Source: Piedraia hortae CBS 480.64 (Eukaryota). Taken from it: a stretch of DNA of 64,000 nt. Made by a program: the position numbers and the translations under genes. How positions within the stretch are numbered: the first letter of the stretch is position 1; each line of letters starts with the position of its first letter. The notes under the pieces are model-generated. The model was given only the letters and a program-made list of their open reading frames with translations, was not told the DNA's origin and ran no database searches. Where the stretch lies: NCBI GenBank assembly GCA_010093745.1, contig MU005967.1:124001-188000 (forward strand), written 5' to 3'. Below, in pieces: positions 47,549 through 58,100 of the stretch.

Positions 47549-49966
47549 ATGCTGAGGTGGACCCATCGAGGCATTCTCCGTGGCCTCGCTGTTCCGCAAC
47601 CAGTCAGCTGCGTATATAGGACGTTTGCGGCCATGGTCCCGCCCGTAGAAGCTGATAAACGGCCACTGGAGCTGACTCCTCCTCCGTCCTTTTTCCAAAC
47701 GCGTATCGACCTGTTCGAGAAGCGCAAGGCCGAAAGGAAAGCATGGGTTGATCAGCAGCCCCGCGAAGACATCAAGATCGAATTGCTCGACGGCAAAGTC
47801 AAAGACGGCACGAGCTGGGAGACATCGCCCGCCGACATTGCCAAGGCCATCTCAAAGGCTCTCTACAAAAAGACGGTAATAGCGCGTGTAGATGGCGAGC
47901 TTTGGGACCTGGACCGACCGCTGGAGAAATCCTGTCGCTTGGAACTGTTGGATTTTAACGATCCAGAGGGAAAGAAGGTGTTTTGGCACAGTAGCGCCCA
48001 TATCTTGGGTGAAGCGGCCGAGAGACGATGGGGATGTTCGCTGTGCATCGGCCCGCCGGTTGACAATGGCTTCTACTACGAAATGGCGCTGCCAGACGGT
48101 GGTGCGGTGACGCAGGCCGACTATGAGCCGCTGAAGCAGATAGCACAAAAGGCAATCAACGAGAAGCAGCCGTTTGAGCGGCTGGAACTGTCAAAGGAAG
48201 ACTTGCTGTCCATGTTCTCCTACAACAAGTACAAGCAGCACATTATCAACGACAAGATCCCCGACGGCACCAGCACCACCGTCTACCGATGCGGGCCGTT
48301 GATTGATCTCTGTCGAGGGCCGCATGTACCGCATACTGGCCACATCACGGTGCTGGAGGTGATGAAGAACTCGTCCAGCTACTTTCTGGGTGATTCCAAG
48401 AACGACAGCCTGCAGCGGCTCTACGGCGTCTCATTTCCGGAGAAGGATATGATGAAGAAGCATAAGCATATGCTGGAGGAGGCGGCAAAACGAGACCACC
48501 GCAAGGTAGGTCAGGACCAGGAACTGTTTTTCTTCGACCAGCTGTCTCCTGGTTCGGCATTTTTCCAAAAGCACGGCGTCGTCATTTACAACGCCCTGCA
48601 GTCGTTTGTGCGCGAGGAATACTGGAAACGCAACTACGAGGAAGTCATCTCGCCCAACATGTACAACTCGGCCCTGTGGAAACAGTCGGGCCATTGGCAG
48701 CACTACAAGGACGACATGTTCACCTTTGACGTGGAAAAGGAGCAATGGGCACTGAAACCCATGAATTGTCCCGGCCACTGCGTCATCTATGGTCATCGTG
48801 AGCGCAGCTACCGAGAACTGCCGATTCGCATGGCCGAGTTTGGCATCTTGCACCGCAATGAAGCGTCTGGTGCTCTCAGCGGTCTCACGCGTGTCAGGCG
48901 CTTCGTGCAGGATGACTCGCACATTTTCTGCACCGAGGCCCAGATAGAGCAGGAGATCAAAGGACTGTTTGATTTCATCAAAACCATCTACGGCACCTTC
49001 GGCCTCAGCTTCAAGATGAAGCTATCCACCATGCCCGAGGACCATCTCGGCGACGAGGCAACCTGGCAGCGAGCCGAGGCCCAGCTGACCAAGGCACTTG
49101 AAGAGTTCGAAGCGGAGACAGGGACCAAGTGGGAATTGAATCCCGGTGATGGAGCTTTCTATGGTCCTAAGATTGACGTTACCATTTCTGATGCTTTGAA
49201 CCGGGAGTTCCAGTCTGCCACTATCCAGTTGGACTTTCAGCTTCCGCAGCAGTTTAACTTGGAGTATCGCACTGAGGAGCAGGCGGGCGGCGAGGGAAAG
49301 AAGTCTGAGGAGAAGAGGGCTGACAGGAAGGGTGATGAAAAAGCAGAGAAGAAAGCTGATCAAAACACAGAAAAGAAGGTTGATGAAAGAGCAGAAAGGA
49401 AGAGTGATCAAAAGACAGACAAGAGTGATGAAACCGTCAAGGAGCTTCCGTTGCGCAGCGCTGATGGCGGAACAGCCAAGGACGTAGCTTCGTACCGCCG
49501 CGAGCTCACTCCCGGTTGTGCGCGTCCCGTCATGATTCACCGAGCTCTCTATGGCTCCTTTGAACGCTTTATTGGCATCTTGACAGAACACTTTGGGGGT
49601 AAATGGCCCTTTTGGCTGTCTCCACGCCAGGTTCTGATCGTTCCCGTCATGCTTGGCGCCTACGATTATTGCGTCGAGGTACAGCGACGTCTCCGTAAGG
49701 AACGCATCCACGCAGATGTCGACCTCAGCGGTAACACCATGTCGAGGAAAGTCCGCACCGGCCAGCTGCAACAATACAACTTCATCTTCGTTGTCGGCGC
49801 CAAAGAAATGGAAACAAATTCCGTCAATGTGCGGAACCGTGACTTGCCCGGGACGCAAAAGGAAGGACTTCCCGTCCCCGTCGAGGAAATCGTCTCCGTC
49901 TTGAAGAATCTGCGAGATGAAAGGGTTCTGAAAAACAATTACGGGGAACAGTCGGTAGGAAAGTAG
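47549..49966 (+). CDS. THS1: Threonyl-tRNA synthetase
   Basis: [75 protein letters not shown]. In-frame ATGs at 47549 and 47633. Confidence 0.97.
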   Translation: MLRWTHRGILRGLAVPQPVSCVYRTFAAMVPPVEADKRPLELTPPPSFFQTRIDLFEKRKAERKAWVDQQPREDIKIELLDGKVKDGTSWETSPADIAKAISKALYKKTVIARVDGELWDLDRPLEKSCRLELLDFNDPEGKKVFWHSSAHILGEAAERRWGCSLCIGPPVDNGFYYEMALPDGGAVTQADYEPLKQIAQKAINEKQPFERLELSKEDLLSMFSYNKYKQHIINDKIPDGTSTTVYRCGPLIDLCRGPHVPHTGHITVLEVMKNSSSYFLGDSKNDSLQRLYGVSFPEKDMMKKHKHMLEEAAKRDHRKVGQDQELFFFDQLSPGSAFFQKHGVVIYNALQSFVREEYWKRNYEEVISPNMYNSALWKQSGHWQHYKDDMFTFDVEKEQWALKPMNCPGHCVIYGHRERSYRELPIRMAEFGILHRNEASGALSGLTRVRRFVQDDSHIFCTEAQIEQEIKGLFDFIKTIYGTFGLSFKMKLSTMPEDHLGDEATWQRAEAQLTKALEEFEAETGTKWELNPGDGAFYGPKIDVTISDALNREFQSATIQLDFQLPQQFNLEYRTEEQAGGEGKKSEEKRADRKGDEKAEKKADQNTEKKVDERAERKSDQKTDKSDETVKELPLRSADGGTAKDVASYRRELTPGCARPVMIHRALYGSFERFIGILTEHFGGKWPFWLSPRQVLIVPVMLGAYDYCVEVQRRLRKERIHADVDLSGNTMSRKVRTGQLQQYNFIFVVGAKEMETNSVNVRNRDLPGTQKEGLPVPVEEIVSVLKNLRDERVLKNNYGEQSVGK

Positions 49967-50034
49967 CTAGTCTCATGAACAGTTTTATTCTCTACATGCC
50001 AGCACGAAAGCGCATTCAGTCCACATCCAACTGC

Positions 50035-51528
50035 CTAGCTGCCAATTTCCCTGACTCCTTTCAAATTCACCACTCCTCCCAAGACCTGCACCGGTGCCTC
50101 TGTAGTCCTCCACCCAGGAACTCGTATCCTATGCTCTCCCTCAGCCTTCTTAACCATAACGCTCCACGGCTCCGGAAACCCTGCTCGTAACGCATCACCA
50201 TCATGTTTCTGCACTCCCGTAATACAAAACTTCCTGTGCCTATGCGCAATAAAGCCCCTCACCAACCCTTGATCAATCAAAGACGCAAGCTTCGACTCAA
50301 CCGCCTCATCCCCTTCCCCATCCATGTCCTCAGCCCCCGCCAACCTAAATGCAACACCCAATTCCTCCAACCCAACCTGCGGCGTAATCTTACTCTCCGG
50401 CGGTGGTCTCGTCCCAACAGCCAACCACGTCCTCCTCACAATACTCCTCCACGCGAGGACCTCACACCGACTCCTCAACTGAAACAAAATCCTAAACCTC
50501 AAAAACCACTGCGCCAGCGGTCCTTTCAAATCCAAATGTCCCCTCAAAGCGCTCACATTCCCCCTCCTAACCGCCTCACAAATCGGCCCAAAATATTCCC
50601 CTAAACCCACACATTCCTCCCTCCCCAACATCTCCCTTGACGGAAACCTCCCCAACAGCAAATTCGCCGTAACAAGATAAACAACAATCAACCTCCTCTG
50701 CTTGGTACACGCCTCATGCGCGGGAGCGGAGCCATACGCGCCCTCCAACGCCCTCGCTGCGTGAATATAATGTCCCGTCTGCAAGTGAAACCTGCCTAGA
50801 TAATACAAAAACGTAACCCTATCGCTTTTCGAATACCCCCGCAACCCCGGCGCGAGGGCGTTGATTTTCTCGAAAATCTGAAATGCGCTGCGCGCTTCCG
50901 TTCGGATGAGGATTCTCAAGCAGATGTTCGCTAAGCGATAGATTGCTCTTTTTTTAGCTTGAGCTGGGGAGAGGCCTGCTTCGCGGGTGGTAAGGCAAGT
51001 CACGACTGCCCCGCGGATGGTATTCGCTGCTTTCTCCGCCAGGGTTTCGCGCTTGGGGTCATCAGGTGGTGCCGGGGGACGGAGTTGGAGGATCAATTCC
51101 GGACGGGCATCGAGTCCGATTGCCAGCCGGGAGAGGAGTTGTGCTGTTGTGATTACTGTAGGGAGGATGAGCCAGCCTTGCGCTTCGTGTGCGAGTGCAA
51201 CGTTGGCGCGGGACTGGAGGTCCAGGAGTAAAGCGTAAGTTGAGAGGTACTCGCTCGCATCCGCGGAGACGTCGCGGAGGTAGTGCAGCCAGGTTTGGAG
51301 GAATTTGAGGAGGGAGGGGTTCGCTTGTGGGACGGTGCGTTCAACTTTTTTGTCGAGGTTGGTGTCGTTGGTGGGGGGGAAGTGAGTGCGCAGCTCCGCG
51401 ATGAGTTGGTTGTAGGTTGGATTGAAGGGGGGCTCGAGGACGAGATACTCGGTTAGGGAGGTGCTGTTGTTGACTGAGATAAAGCCGTTGATGGCAACGA
51501 GGAATTGGCCAAGGAGGGGCGTGCCCAT
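50035..51528 (-). CDS. PCI-domain protein (Csn12/Thp1/PCID2-like)
   Basis: KKRAIYRLAN, RVTFLYYLGRF, NLLLGRFP, LASLIDQGLVRGFIAH, FP. Confidence 0.8.
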   Translation of the reverse strand: MGTPLLGQFLVAINGFISVNNSTSLTEYLVLEPPFNPTYNQLIAELRTHFPPTNDTNLDKKVERTVPQANPSLLKFLQTWLHYLRDVSADASEYLSTYALLLDLQSRANVALAHEAQGWLILPTVITTAQLLSRLAIGLDARPELILQLRPPAPPDDPKRETLAEKAANTIRGAVVTCLTTREAGLSPAQAKKRAIYRLANICLRILIRTEARSAFQIFEKINALAPGLRGYSKSDRVTFLYYLGRFHLQTGHYIHAARALEGAYGSAPAHEACTKQRRLIVVYLVTANLLLGRFPSREMLGREECVGLGEYFGPICEAVRRGNVSALRGHLDLKGPLAQWFLRFRILFQLRSRCEVLAWRSIVRRTWLAVGTRPPPESKITPQVGLEELGVAFRLAGAEDMDGEGDEAVESKLASLIDQGLVRGFIAHRHRKFCITGVQKHDGDALRAGFPEPWSVMVKKAEGEHRIRVPGWRTTEAPVQVLGGVVNLKGVREIGS

Positions 51529-51893
51529 GGTATATACTTTGTTGTGGTGTTTGAGTTATGTCTGTGCCTTGATGTCATGTTGCATTCTTGCGAAAATCCG
51601 CATATCAATTGACTTGGGTTAAGTTTTTGCATGACAGGTGAGTGGTTGGTTGAGGTACAGCTGCTTAGGGTTAGGTTTGACGCGGTCTGGTGTCGTCCTG
51701 GCAGGGATAATATCGGTGGAAAGTGGGGTAGTTGCTTCCAATTAGAGTTCGAGGCGCTACGTTAACCTGTTGATTTTTTCAGTGGAAATTGACTACCCAG
51801 GATGATGACAAAGACCACGCACCTTCTTAAAATGAAAGAACAAACTGGAGCGAACCATGCTAACATCTCCCAAAATTCTTCAATCTTATCAAT

Positions 51894-53312
51894 ATGCAGG
51901 AGGACGATTCCATCTGTCCATGCTCTGACTGCATCTACGGCATTAGTGCAAAATTGGCCTTGAATGATCACGACGCTCACCAGCATCAATCCTCTCAAGC
52001 GAATGGCGTTCATGAAAACCAGCCTGCAATTAGCAATTCACCAAAGCCTGGTTTATCGACAAATAAAACCTTGTGGGCCGTTAATGTTCCTATATGCTAC
52101 TTCCACTGCCCACGCTGCACCTTTGAAAGCGAAAACATGTTGACAGTGGCCGAGCATGTCAAGCATTTACACGAACCAATGCGGTTACATATTGGCTGTC
52201 TGTTCTGCAGCTATCACAGTTTTGACGAAGATACAATGAATGTACACGTGAGGCACTCCCATGGGAGCACCGAGCTACTGTTTCGCTGTCTTGTCTGCGC
52301 GTTCCAAGGATCAGCAACGGCTGTGCAAGCTCATACCAAGGATGAGCATGGCGAGCCGTTGGTTATCTTTCGATGTCCTTTCTGTGAGTACAAAGCATCA
52401 TCCGAGCTTTTGTTTTGGCATTCCATGAGTGCGCACCCTGAGTCAGAATTTGACCTTCGCTGTTGCCTTTGCAACTATACCGGATCAAAGATTGAAGTGA
52501 CCTCTCACACTAATCTCACACATGAAAAACCCATGCCAAAATTTTCCTGTTGCGACTGCGACTTTACAGGAACCGAAGCTGACGTAGCTGATCATTACAC
52601 CAGCGCACACGCGCCAAAGACGAAGTACTTTTGTCCGCTTTGCAAGTTCGACAGCACCTCTCTGTCGGCTGCGGTCAGACATGTCCATGGCTCGCATGAG
52701 CTACCAGTGCAGTTCTACCACTGTCCACTCTGCAGCTTCAGGCACGAATCGAAAGCAAATGTGGTTGAGCATATGAAGTATCGACACTATCCTAGCTCAT
52801 CAACTGAATCCGGCTATTACTGCGGCATTTGCTCATTCACGGGGGTGTCGGAATTATCGATGCGTCAGCACATGGAAGATGAGCATGATGCTTTCATCGG
52901 ACTGAATGTAGGATATGGAATGTTTGGCCCGACATCCGCATTCGAGTTCTGCTGCCTACTGTGCTCATTCGACAGCGCCGAAGAAGCGGAGGCTGTGGAG
53001 CACCTTAGTTGCCATCATTCAGGGATTGTTAATGTGCGTGTTATGTTCTGTTGTCTGTACTGTACCTTTACGCACAGGGCGTCTGATGTGGTCCGGAAAC
53101 ATATTCTCAAGCGTCATCCCTCAACTGGCTTGTCTGCGTTGAGGCCACCGCAATGTACCGAAGAACAAGCCCCATTGTACTTTGACGAGTTTGAGGGAAG
53201 AAGAGGCGACGTTGATGGAAGGAGCAACAGCGATGGTCATGACGGTGAAGATGCAGACACGGGCGAACTTGTAGTATATTGGGGAGTTGAAGACCAGAGT
53301 GTAACGGCCTAG
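51894..53312 (+). CDS. Multi C2H2-type zinc-finger protein (about 11 CxxCxF/Y...HxxxxH units)
   Basis: Repeated units such as CPRCTF...HVKHLH, CLFCSY...HVRHSH, CPLCKF...HVHGSH, CPLCSF...HMKYRH and CLYCTF...HILKRH; acidic tail. Confidence 0.8.
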   Translation: MQEDDSICPCSDCIYGISAKLALNDHDAHQHQSSQANGVHENQPAISNSPKPGLSTNKTLWAVNVPICYFHCPRCTFESENMLTVAEHVKHLHEPMRLHIGCLFCSYHSFDEDTMNVHVRHSHGSTELLFRCLVCAFQGSATAVQAHTKDEHGEPLVIFRCPFCEYKASSELLFWHSMSAHPESEFDLRCCLCNYTGSKIEVTSHTNLTHEKPMPKFSCCDCDFTGTEADVADHYTSAHAPKTKYFCPLCKFDSTSLSAAVRHVHGSHELPVQFYHCPLCSFRHESKANVVEHMKYRHYPSSSTESGYYCGICSFTGVSELSMRQHMEDEHDAFIGLNVGYGMFGPTSAFEFCCLLCSFDSAEEAEAVEHLSCHHSGIVNVRVMFCCLYCTFTHRASDVVRKHILKRHPSTGLSALRPPQCTEEQAPLYFDEFEGRRGDVDGRSNSDGHDGEDADTGELVVYWGVEDQSVTA

Positions 53313-53795
53313 TCTAGTAGCATAGCTCTTGTCTTGATACGCTTTGGCGTTCTATAAGTTTCATTGGTTCCCCGCCAACCAAGTAGACATCTGTATCTCG
53401 AGTCATGAAAGCCACCAGCCAAAAACCCGCTCTTACGCTCTACTTACCATAAGAATGCCAAAGACTCACCTCCGAAAACACTACAAACACTTCACCAACT
53501 TATAGCTATATCGACACCTTAGAAATCCACCACACTCCCCGCCATTGGAAATCAAGCAACAACGATAACCTATATAGTCATCCACCATCCCTCCTACCCA
53601 AGCCAGCCTCCCCATCCCTCCAAAAAAAAAACCCTCCCATCAACCTGACACCGAACAGCACCATCCAACCACGAATACACAATACATCACACCAAGCACA
53701 CAACCACAAACGCACACCAACCCACAACCTCAACCATGCAAAACAAACCACCCCCCACCCCTCCCGTCCAACCTTCTCTCCCAAACACCCACCCC

Positions 53796-54095
53796 CGCCC
53801 TCGCTGCGCCTCCCAAGCCCCCACATCCCGGGCCCTCGTGTCCCACACGCGCCTGATCCACAAATCGTGCCCTCAACAACAGCCCCTCTCCTAAGCGGCT
53901 AATGCAACACTTACCCTCCTCTACTCCCCCACGCAGGCTATGGCCTGTTCTATCTGCGAGTTTGAAACGCACTCTGAATCGGAAGCGGTGCGGCATGTGC
54001 AGGAGCAGCATGGCGAGGGGGTTGGGGGATACGGGTGTACGGAGTGTGAGTTTTTGGGGAATGGGGCGTTGGTGAGGGCGCATGGAAGGTGAGGT
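53796..54095 (+). pseudogene. Degenerate zinc-finger fragment, probable decayed paralogue of the upstream gene
   Basis: One frame reads RPRCASQAPTSRALVSHTRLIH, stop at 53892, then MACSICEFETHSESEAVRHVQEQHGEGVGGYGCTECEFLGNGALVRAHGR and stop. A 35-N gap follows (54127-54161). Confidence 0.6.
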
Positions 54096-55178
54096 GGAGG
54101 GAATGCGTTGGGAGGAGGGGGAGGGGNNNNNNNNNNNNNNNNNNNNNNNNNNNNNNNNNNNGATTGAGGGAGCTTTTGGGATGGGGGATTCTACGGAGGG
54201 GTTTGGTGGGACTTCTTTTGGGATGGGGGGTTTCGTTGATGTTACTGTGGGGCATGGGGGAACTTCTGTTGGGATGGGGAAAACGGGGGGGATGTTTGGG
54301 ATGAAGGAGTTTGGTAATGTTACTAGGGGATTGTGGTACGAGGTTGATGAGCTGATGGAAGTGATGGAAAATATTCAGAGGGAGGACAAGAAGAGGCAGC
54401 ATGTTGAGAGAGTTTGAGCACCGAGAGGCCGGTTAGGAGGGTTAAGGAGGGTGAACAGGGAGGGGAGAGTGATGGATTCGCTGCTGTCGGAGAAGGCGGC
54501 AAGGAAGACAAGGGGGGAAGTGAAGAGGGGATGGATGGAAAAGAAATTGAGCGTGGGGAATGAAGGCTTCAAGGTGAGTTGTTTTAGCGGGTTATTGCAT
54601 CAATCTTTGGTTTCGGGCGGCTGTTTCGCATAGTTGAACAGGTACCTGATAGAGCGAAAGCAATGTTCTACGAGCGAATAGTTGCTCCAAGGCCTACGAA
54701 AAATTTCAGAGTTTTAATTAGGAAGGTTCTTTGTGCGTGTGCCACGGCCCCGCAATTTTCCTACAGGTGGAGAAAGCCTTCCCAGTAGCGCAGCTGACAT
54801 CCTCCAATTAGCTGTCCGCTGGCCAGGAGACGCTACAAAAAGCCTCCGCATCTCTACATCCAGTTTTGAGAGGCTGCAATACGGATGAAAAAAACGTACG
54901 CAAAACCTTTTACGGAGAGACGGTGAAATACACTCGAGCTATACACGCCAAACGACAACAGTGGCGAGGAGTTGCAGCCGTCCAGCAGCGCCGCAAAACT
55001 CGTCCACTGCGCCTTTCTTGAAACAGGCCAATCCCATGCGGGGCGATACCCTGCCGTAACACGAGATGGTGAGAAAGGAAGATGCTGTAAGCCCTCTTAC
55101 ACAAACAGAAAAGACAAAGTCGATGCGCAGATGTTCGTAGTAACTGCATGTCGGGTCGTCACGAGAGCGGCGTCAACA

Positions 55179-56408
55179 TTACGGCGAGGAGGCAGCCGAC
55201 GAGCGATTTGACCCGGTGGAGCCGTCGCGGGATTTGACGGGCTGCTTCGACAAACAGGTGCGAGGAGCGACACCTTGCTGGCTACGATCCATACGAATGC
55301 AAAGAGCCTAAAGAGTCAGTGTGAGGAACAAAAGTGAAAAGGATTAACTTACCCATCCATCATCGTATTCGTGAAGAATGCGAACCAGCTGGCCAGAGGT
55401 AAGCTCCAACTCGTCATCCATAGAAGGCTTGAAATCAAGCTGGACACGATGGACATTGTTGGGCTTGGCACTCTTGATAGACGCCTTTTCGTCAATCTCT
55501 TCCGCATTCTGGCCATCGGCAAATGGATCATTAGTAGAACGACGCTCCCACATGCTCTTGGGTTTCTTAGAGTCCGTTGAGCCGGCGCTGGAGCGCTTAT
55601 CGTTGACATTTGGCAGGAACTGGGCATTGGGACGAAGGGCGAGACGAGGAGCGGTAGAAGCCGCGTGTGACGAGACCATTTTGGAGCCACCGTCCTTCTC
55701 CGACATGTCAGCGCCAACCGAGTCAATGGAGTTGACTTTGTTATCAGCCATTTCACGGTGGCCGGCCGGGTTCCTCTTTCTGCGCCAGCAAAAGAACAAA
55801 ACGCCGGCAACAAGAGCGAAGCCAAAGATGATTCCCAAGGCCATTCCAGCCATGGCACCACCCGTCATGCCAGCGTTGGACTCTGGTCCGCGAGTCGCCG
55901 AGAGAGGCGTGCCAACGACGGCCTGAGGGCTGTGGCTGAGCGGAGTACCAACAATGGCATTGGAACCGCTGCTAGTGGTCGGCAAAGCAGCGCTCGTAGG
56001 CGGATTAAGGAAACGATTCTTGTTATCGTGACCTGGAGGGAGGGTGGGACCGGCGTGGGCTGCAGATTTGGCCGCACGATACGAAGCCTCGGCATCGCTG
56101 ATGGAAGAAGAGGCGGCATTGTCAGCCACGCGGGAACCATCCTGGTACTTGTTTGGCGTGTTGTGCTTGGCCAAGATGGAGTCGATCTGAGCACGGTCCG
56201 CCGGACGAGCTGCAGCTTGCTTGTAGTGAGCCTTCTGGGCAGGATCGGCCGGACGAGCGGCGGCAGCTTTCTGATGGGCTGGGTGATCCTTTGGAATGTT
56301 CATTTTGATTTCAGTGCCGTGACTATCGCGCTTGCGCTCACGGAGATGCTGACGCGCCTCAGCGCCGTGGAAGACGCGTCCATGGTTGAGCTGGTGGTGA
56401 AGACCCAT
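55179..56408 (-). CDS. Single-pass membrane protein with C-terminal SH3 domain; exons 56408-55353, 55307-55179
   Basis: TM segment GAMAGMALGIIFGFALVAGVLFFCW-RRKR; SH3 VHRVQLDFKPSMDDELEL...HEYDDGW|ALCIRMDRSQQGVAPRTCL; 45-nt GTAAGT...CTGAC...TAG intron. Confidence 0.85.
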
Positions 56409-57105
56409 GATGCTCTCGTTTTATTTTACCAGATGAATTGGTGGAATGTGTTGCAGAAGGGGGCGCCGGCGCGAGGGTAAAACAAACCCTCAGTACGGCC
56501 AGCAGTACGGCGAATAGAGAATGAGCGAACGCGAGCTAGCCGCCGGTAAAAGAAGGTCGGCGGGGAGCTCAGGAAAAAAAAGAAGTGGTGGTTGAAGAAT
56601 TGATAGGGAGAAGAAAGGTGGGCGCGTGGGCGGAGCGGAAGAGAAACCGCTGAAAGCACGGGTCACGTTTGCTCATTTCCGATTCACCCTCTTCAGGCTA
56701 AGCGCCAGGCACGTGGCTTGAAACGCCCGCGAGGCGACCAATAGGGGCATTAGATATGGGCGGGGGATCGTCTACAATAACCAAAGTTTGCGCTTGGGCC
56801 TGACCGCCCATAATTGGCACCCATCAATCACCCATTGATTGCGCCAGCGACGTTTAATCAAAATAGGTGCATTCCACGCGAGCCTTGCGCGCCCAGCCTT
56901 TATCCCCAATAACGTGTGCAAGCCAATAAGATAGCGTCCATGCAGCCGCTGGGGACGGTGGTACAGCCGTAGCTAGTGACCGCTGTGCCGCCATACGCTG
57001 TAACAGCTGCGACATGTGAGACTGGCTATCTTTGGTCTGACAGAGCAGTCGCAAGTGGGTCACCGGGGTCTGTCTTGGCACGAGTGAACACGAGAATTTG
57101 TTAAA

Positions 57106-57894
57106 CTACATTTTGGACGGCATTCTCGTGGCGCCGTCGAGGCGTATGCACACCCCATTCAACATTGGGTTCTCAATGCAGTACCTCACCATGTCTGCAA
57201 AGTCTTGTCCCGAGCCTGGCCTCTTGGGGAATTCAAACACTCGCTGCAAACTCTTGCGTACCTTGTCACTCATCTGGGCAGTCATGTTGCTGTCAAAGAA
57301 GCTGGGAGCGATGGCAACGGCTCTGATGCCCAAATTTGCCAGATCGCGAGCCAAAACCAACGTCATTGACCGTATAGCTCCCTTGGTAGCTGCATAGGCG
57401 GCCTGACCAGGTTGGCCGTCGTAGGCGGCCGCAGAAGAAACCATGACAATGACCCCCCTTTCCCCGTCAGGCGAGGTCGGCTGGGCTTTGGCCACGTAGG
57501 GCAGGCAGAGTCTGATTAAATCCAGCACACCACGGAGGTTGATGTCGATAACAAAATCCAAGTGCTCTCTAGCAATTGGCTCGTTGTGACGGTCAATCAG
57601 CTTTCCCGGCAAGCCCACTCCAGCCGCTGGAACGATGCCAGCCATTGCTTTGCCCGTTTCCGCAATCCATTTGCCAACCCCGTCAACAGCCTTTTCCACT
57701 GACTTGGTGTCCGCAACATCAACTTCCCAAAACTTTGCCCTTTCGCCGAGTTCTGCAGTCACGGCGGCACCGTTGGCGGCATTGAGGTCTAGAATAGCCA
57801 CGTAGCCGCCACGAGAGTGTAGATCACGTACGGTAGCAAGCCCCAGACCTGAAGCGCCGCCCGATACGACAAAGGTGTGATCTTTAATCTGCAT
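57106..57894 (-). CDS. Short-chain dehydrogenase (3-hydroxyacyl-CoA dehydrogenase type 2/HSD17B10-like)
   Basis: SGGASGLG, DGERGVI, DGQPGQAAYAATK, IENPMLNG, IRLDGA. Confidence 0.9.
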   Translation of the reverse strand: MQIKDHTFVVSGGASGLGLATVRDLHSRGGYVAILDLNAANGAAVTAELGERAKFWEVDVADTKSVEKAVDGVGKWIAETGKAMAGIVPAAGVGLPGKLIDRHNEPIAREHLDFVIDINLRGVLDLIRLCLPYVAKAQPTSPDGERGVIVMVSSAAAYDGQPGQAAYAATKGAIRSMTLVLARDLANLGIRAVAIAPSFFDSNMTAQMSDKVRKSLQRVFEFPKRPGSGQDFADMVRYCIENPMLNGVCIRLDGATRMPSKM

Positions 57895-58100
57895 GTTGTT
57901 GTCGTTGTAGGGATCCTCACATGCCTCGGCTTAGGCGCCACTGGTTTCATCCGACAAAGGCTCTAAAGACATTCATGGACAAGTGAAATCAAAGCAATGC
58001 GGTGAATTCAGGGCAATGCGTGAAGGCAGAGCGTGAAAACAGAACAATGTGTCTCTGTGTGACCTCCCAAATCGGTTAACCAACCTCACCTGCCCAGGTC

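Noticed and set aside
51665..51676. TTAGGGTTAGG (also CCTAACCCTAA near 795) as a telomerase RNA template
   Set aside because: Both lie in intergenic gaps of under 400 bp, too small for the long telomerase RNAs of filamentous fungi; promoter motif or chance is more likely.
55920..56270. Short internal repeats in the TM-SH3 protein (AAARPAD twice, VGTPLS twice)
   Set aside because: These are ordinary small duplications in a low-complexity region, not a CRISPR-like or mobile repeat.
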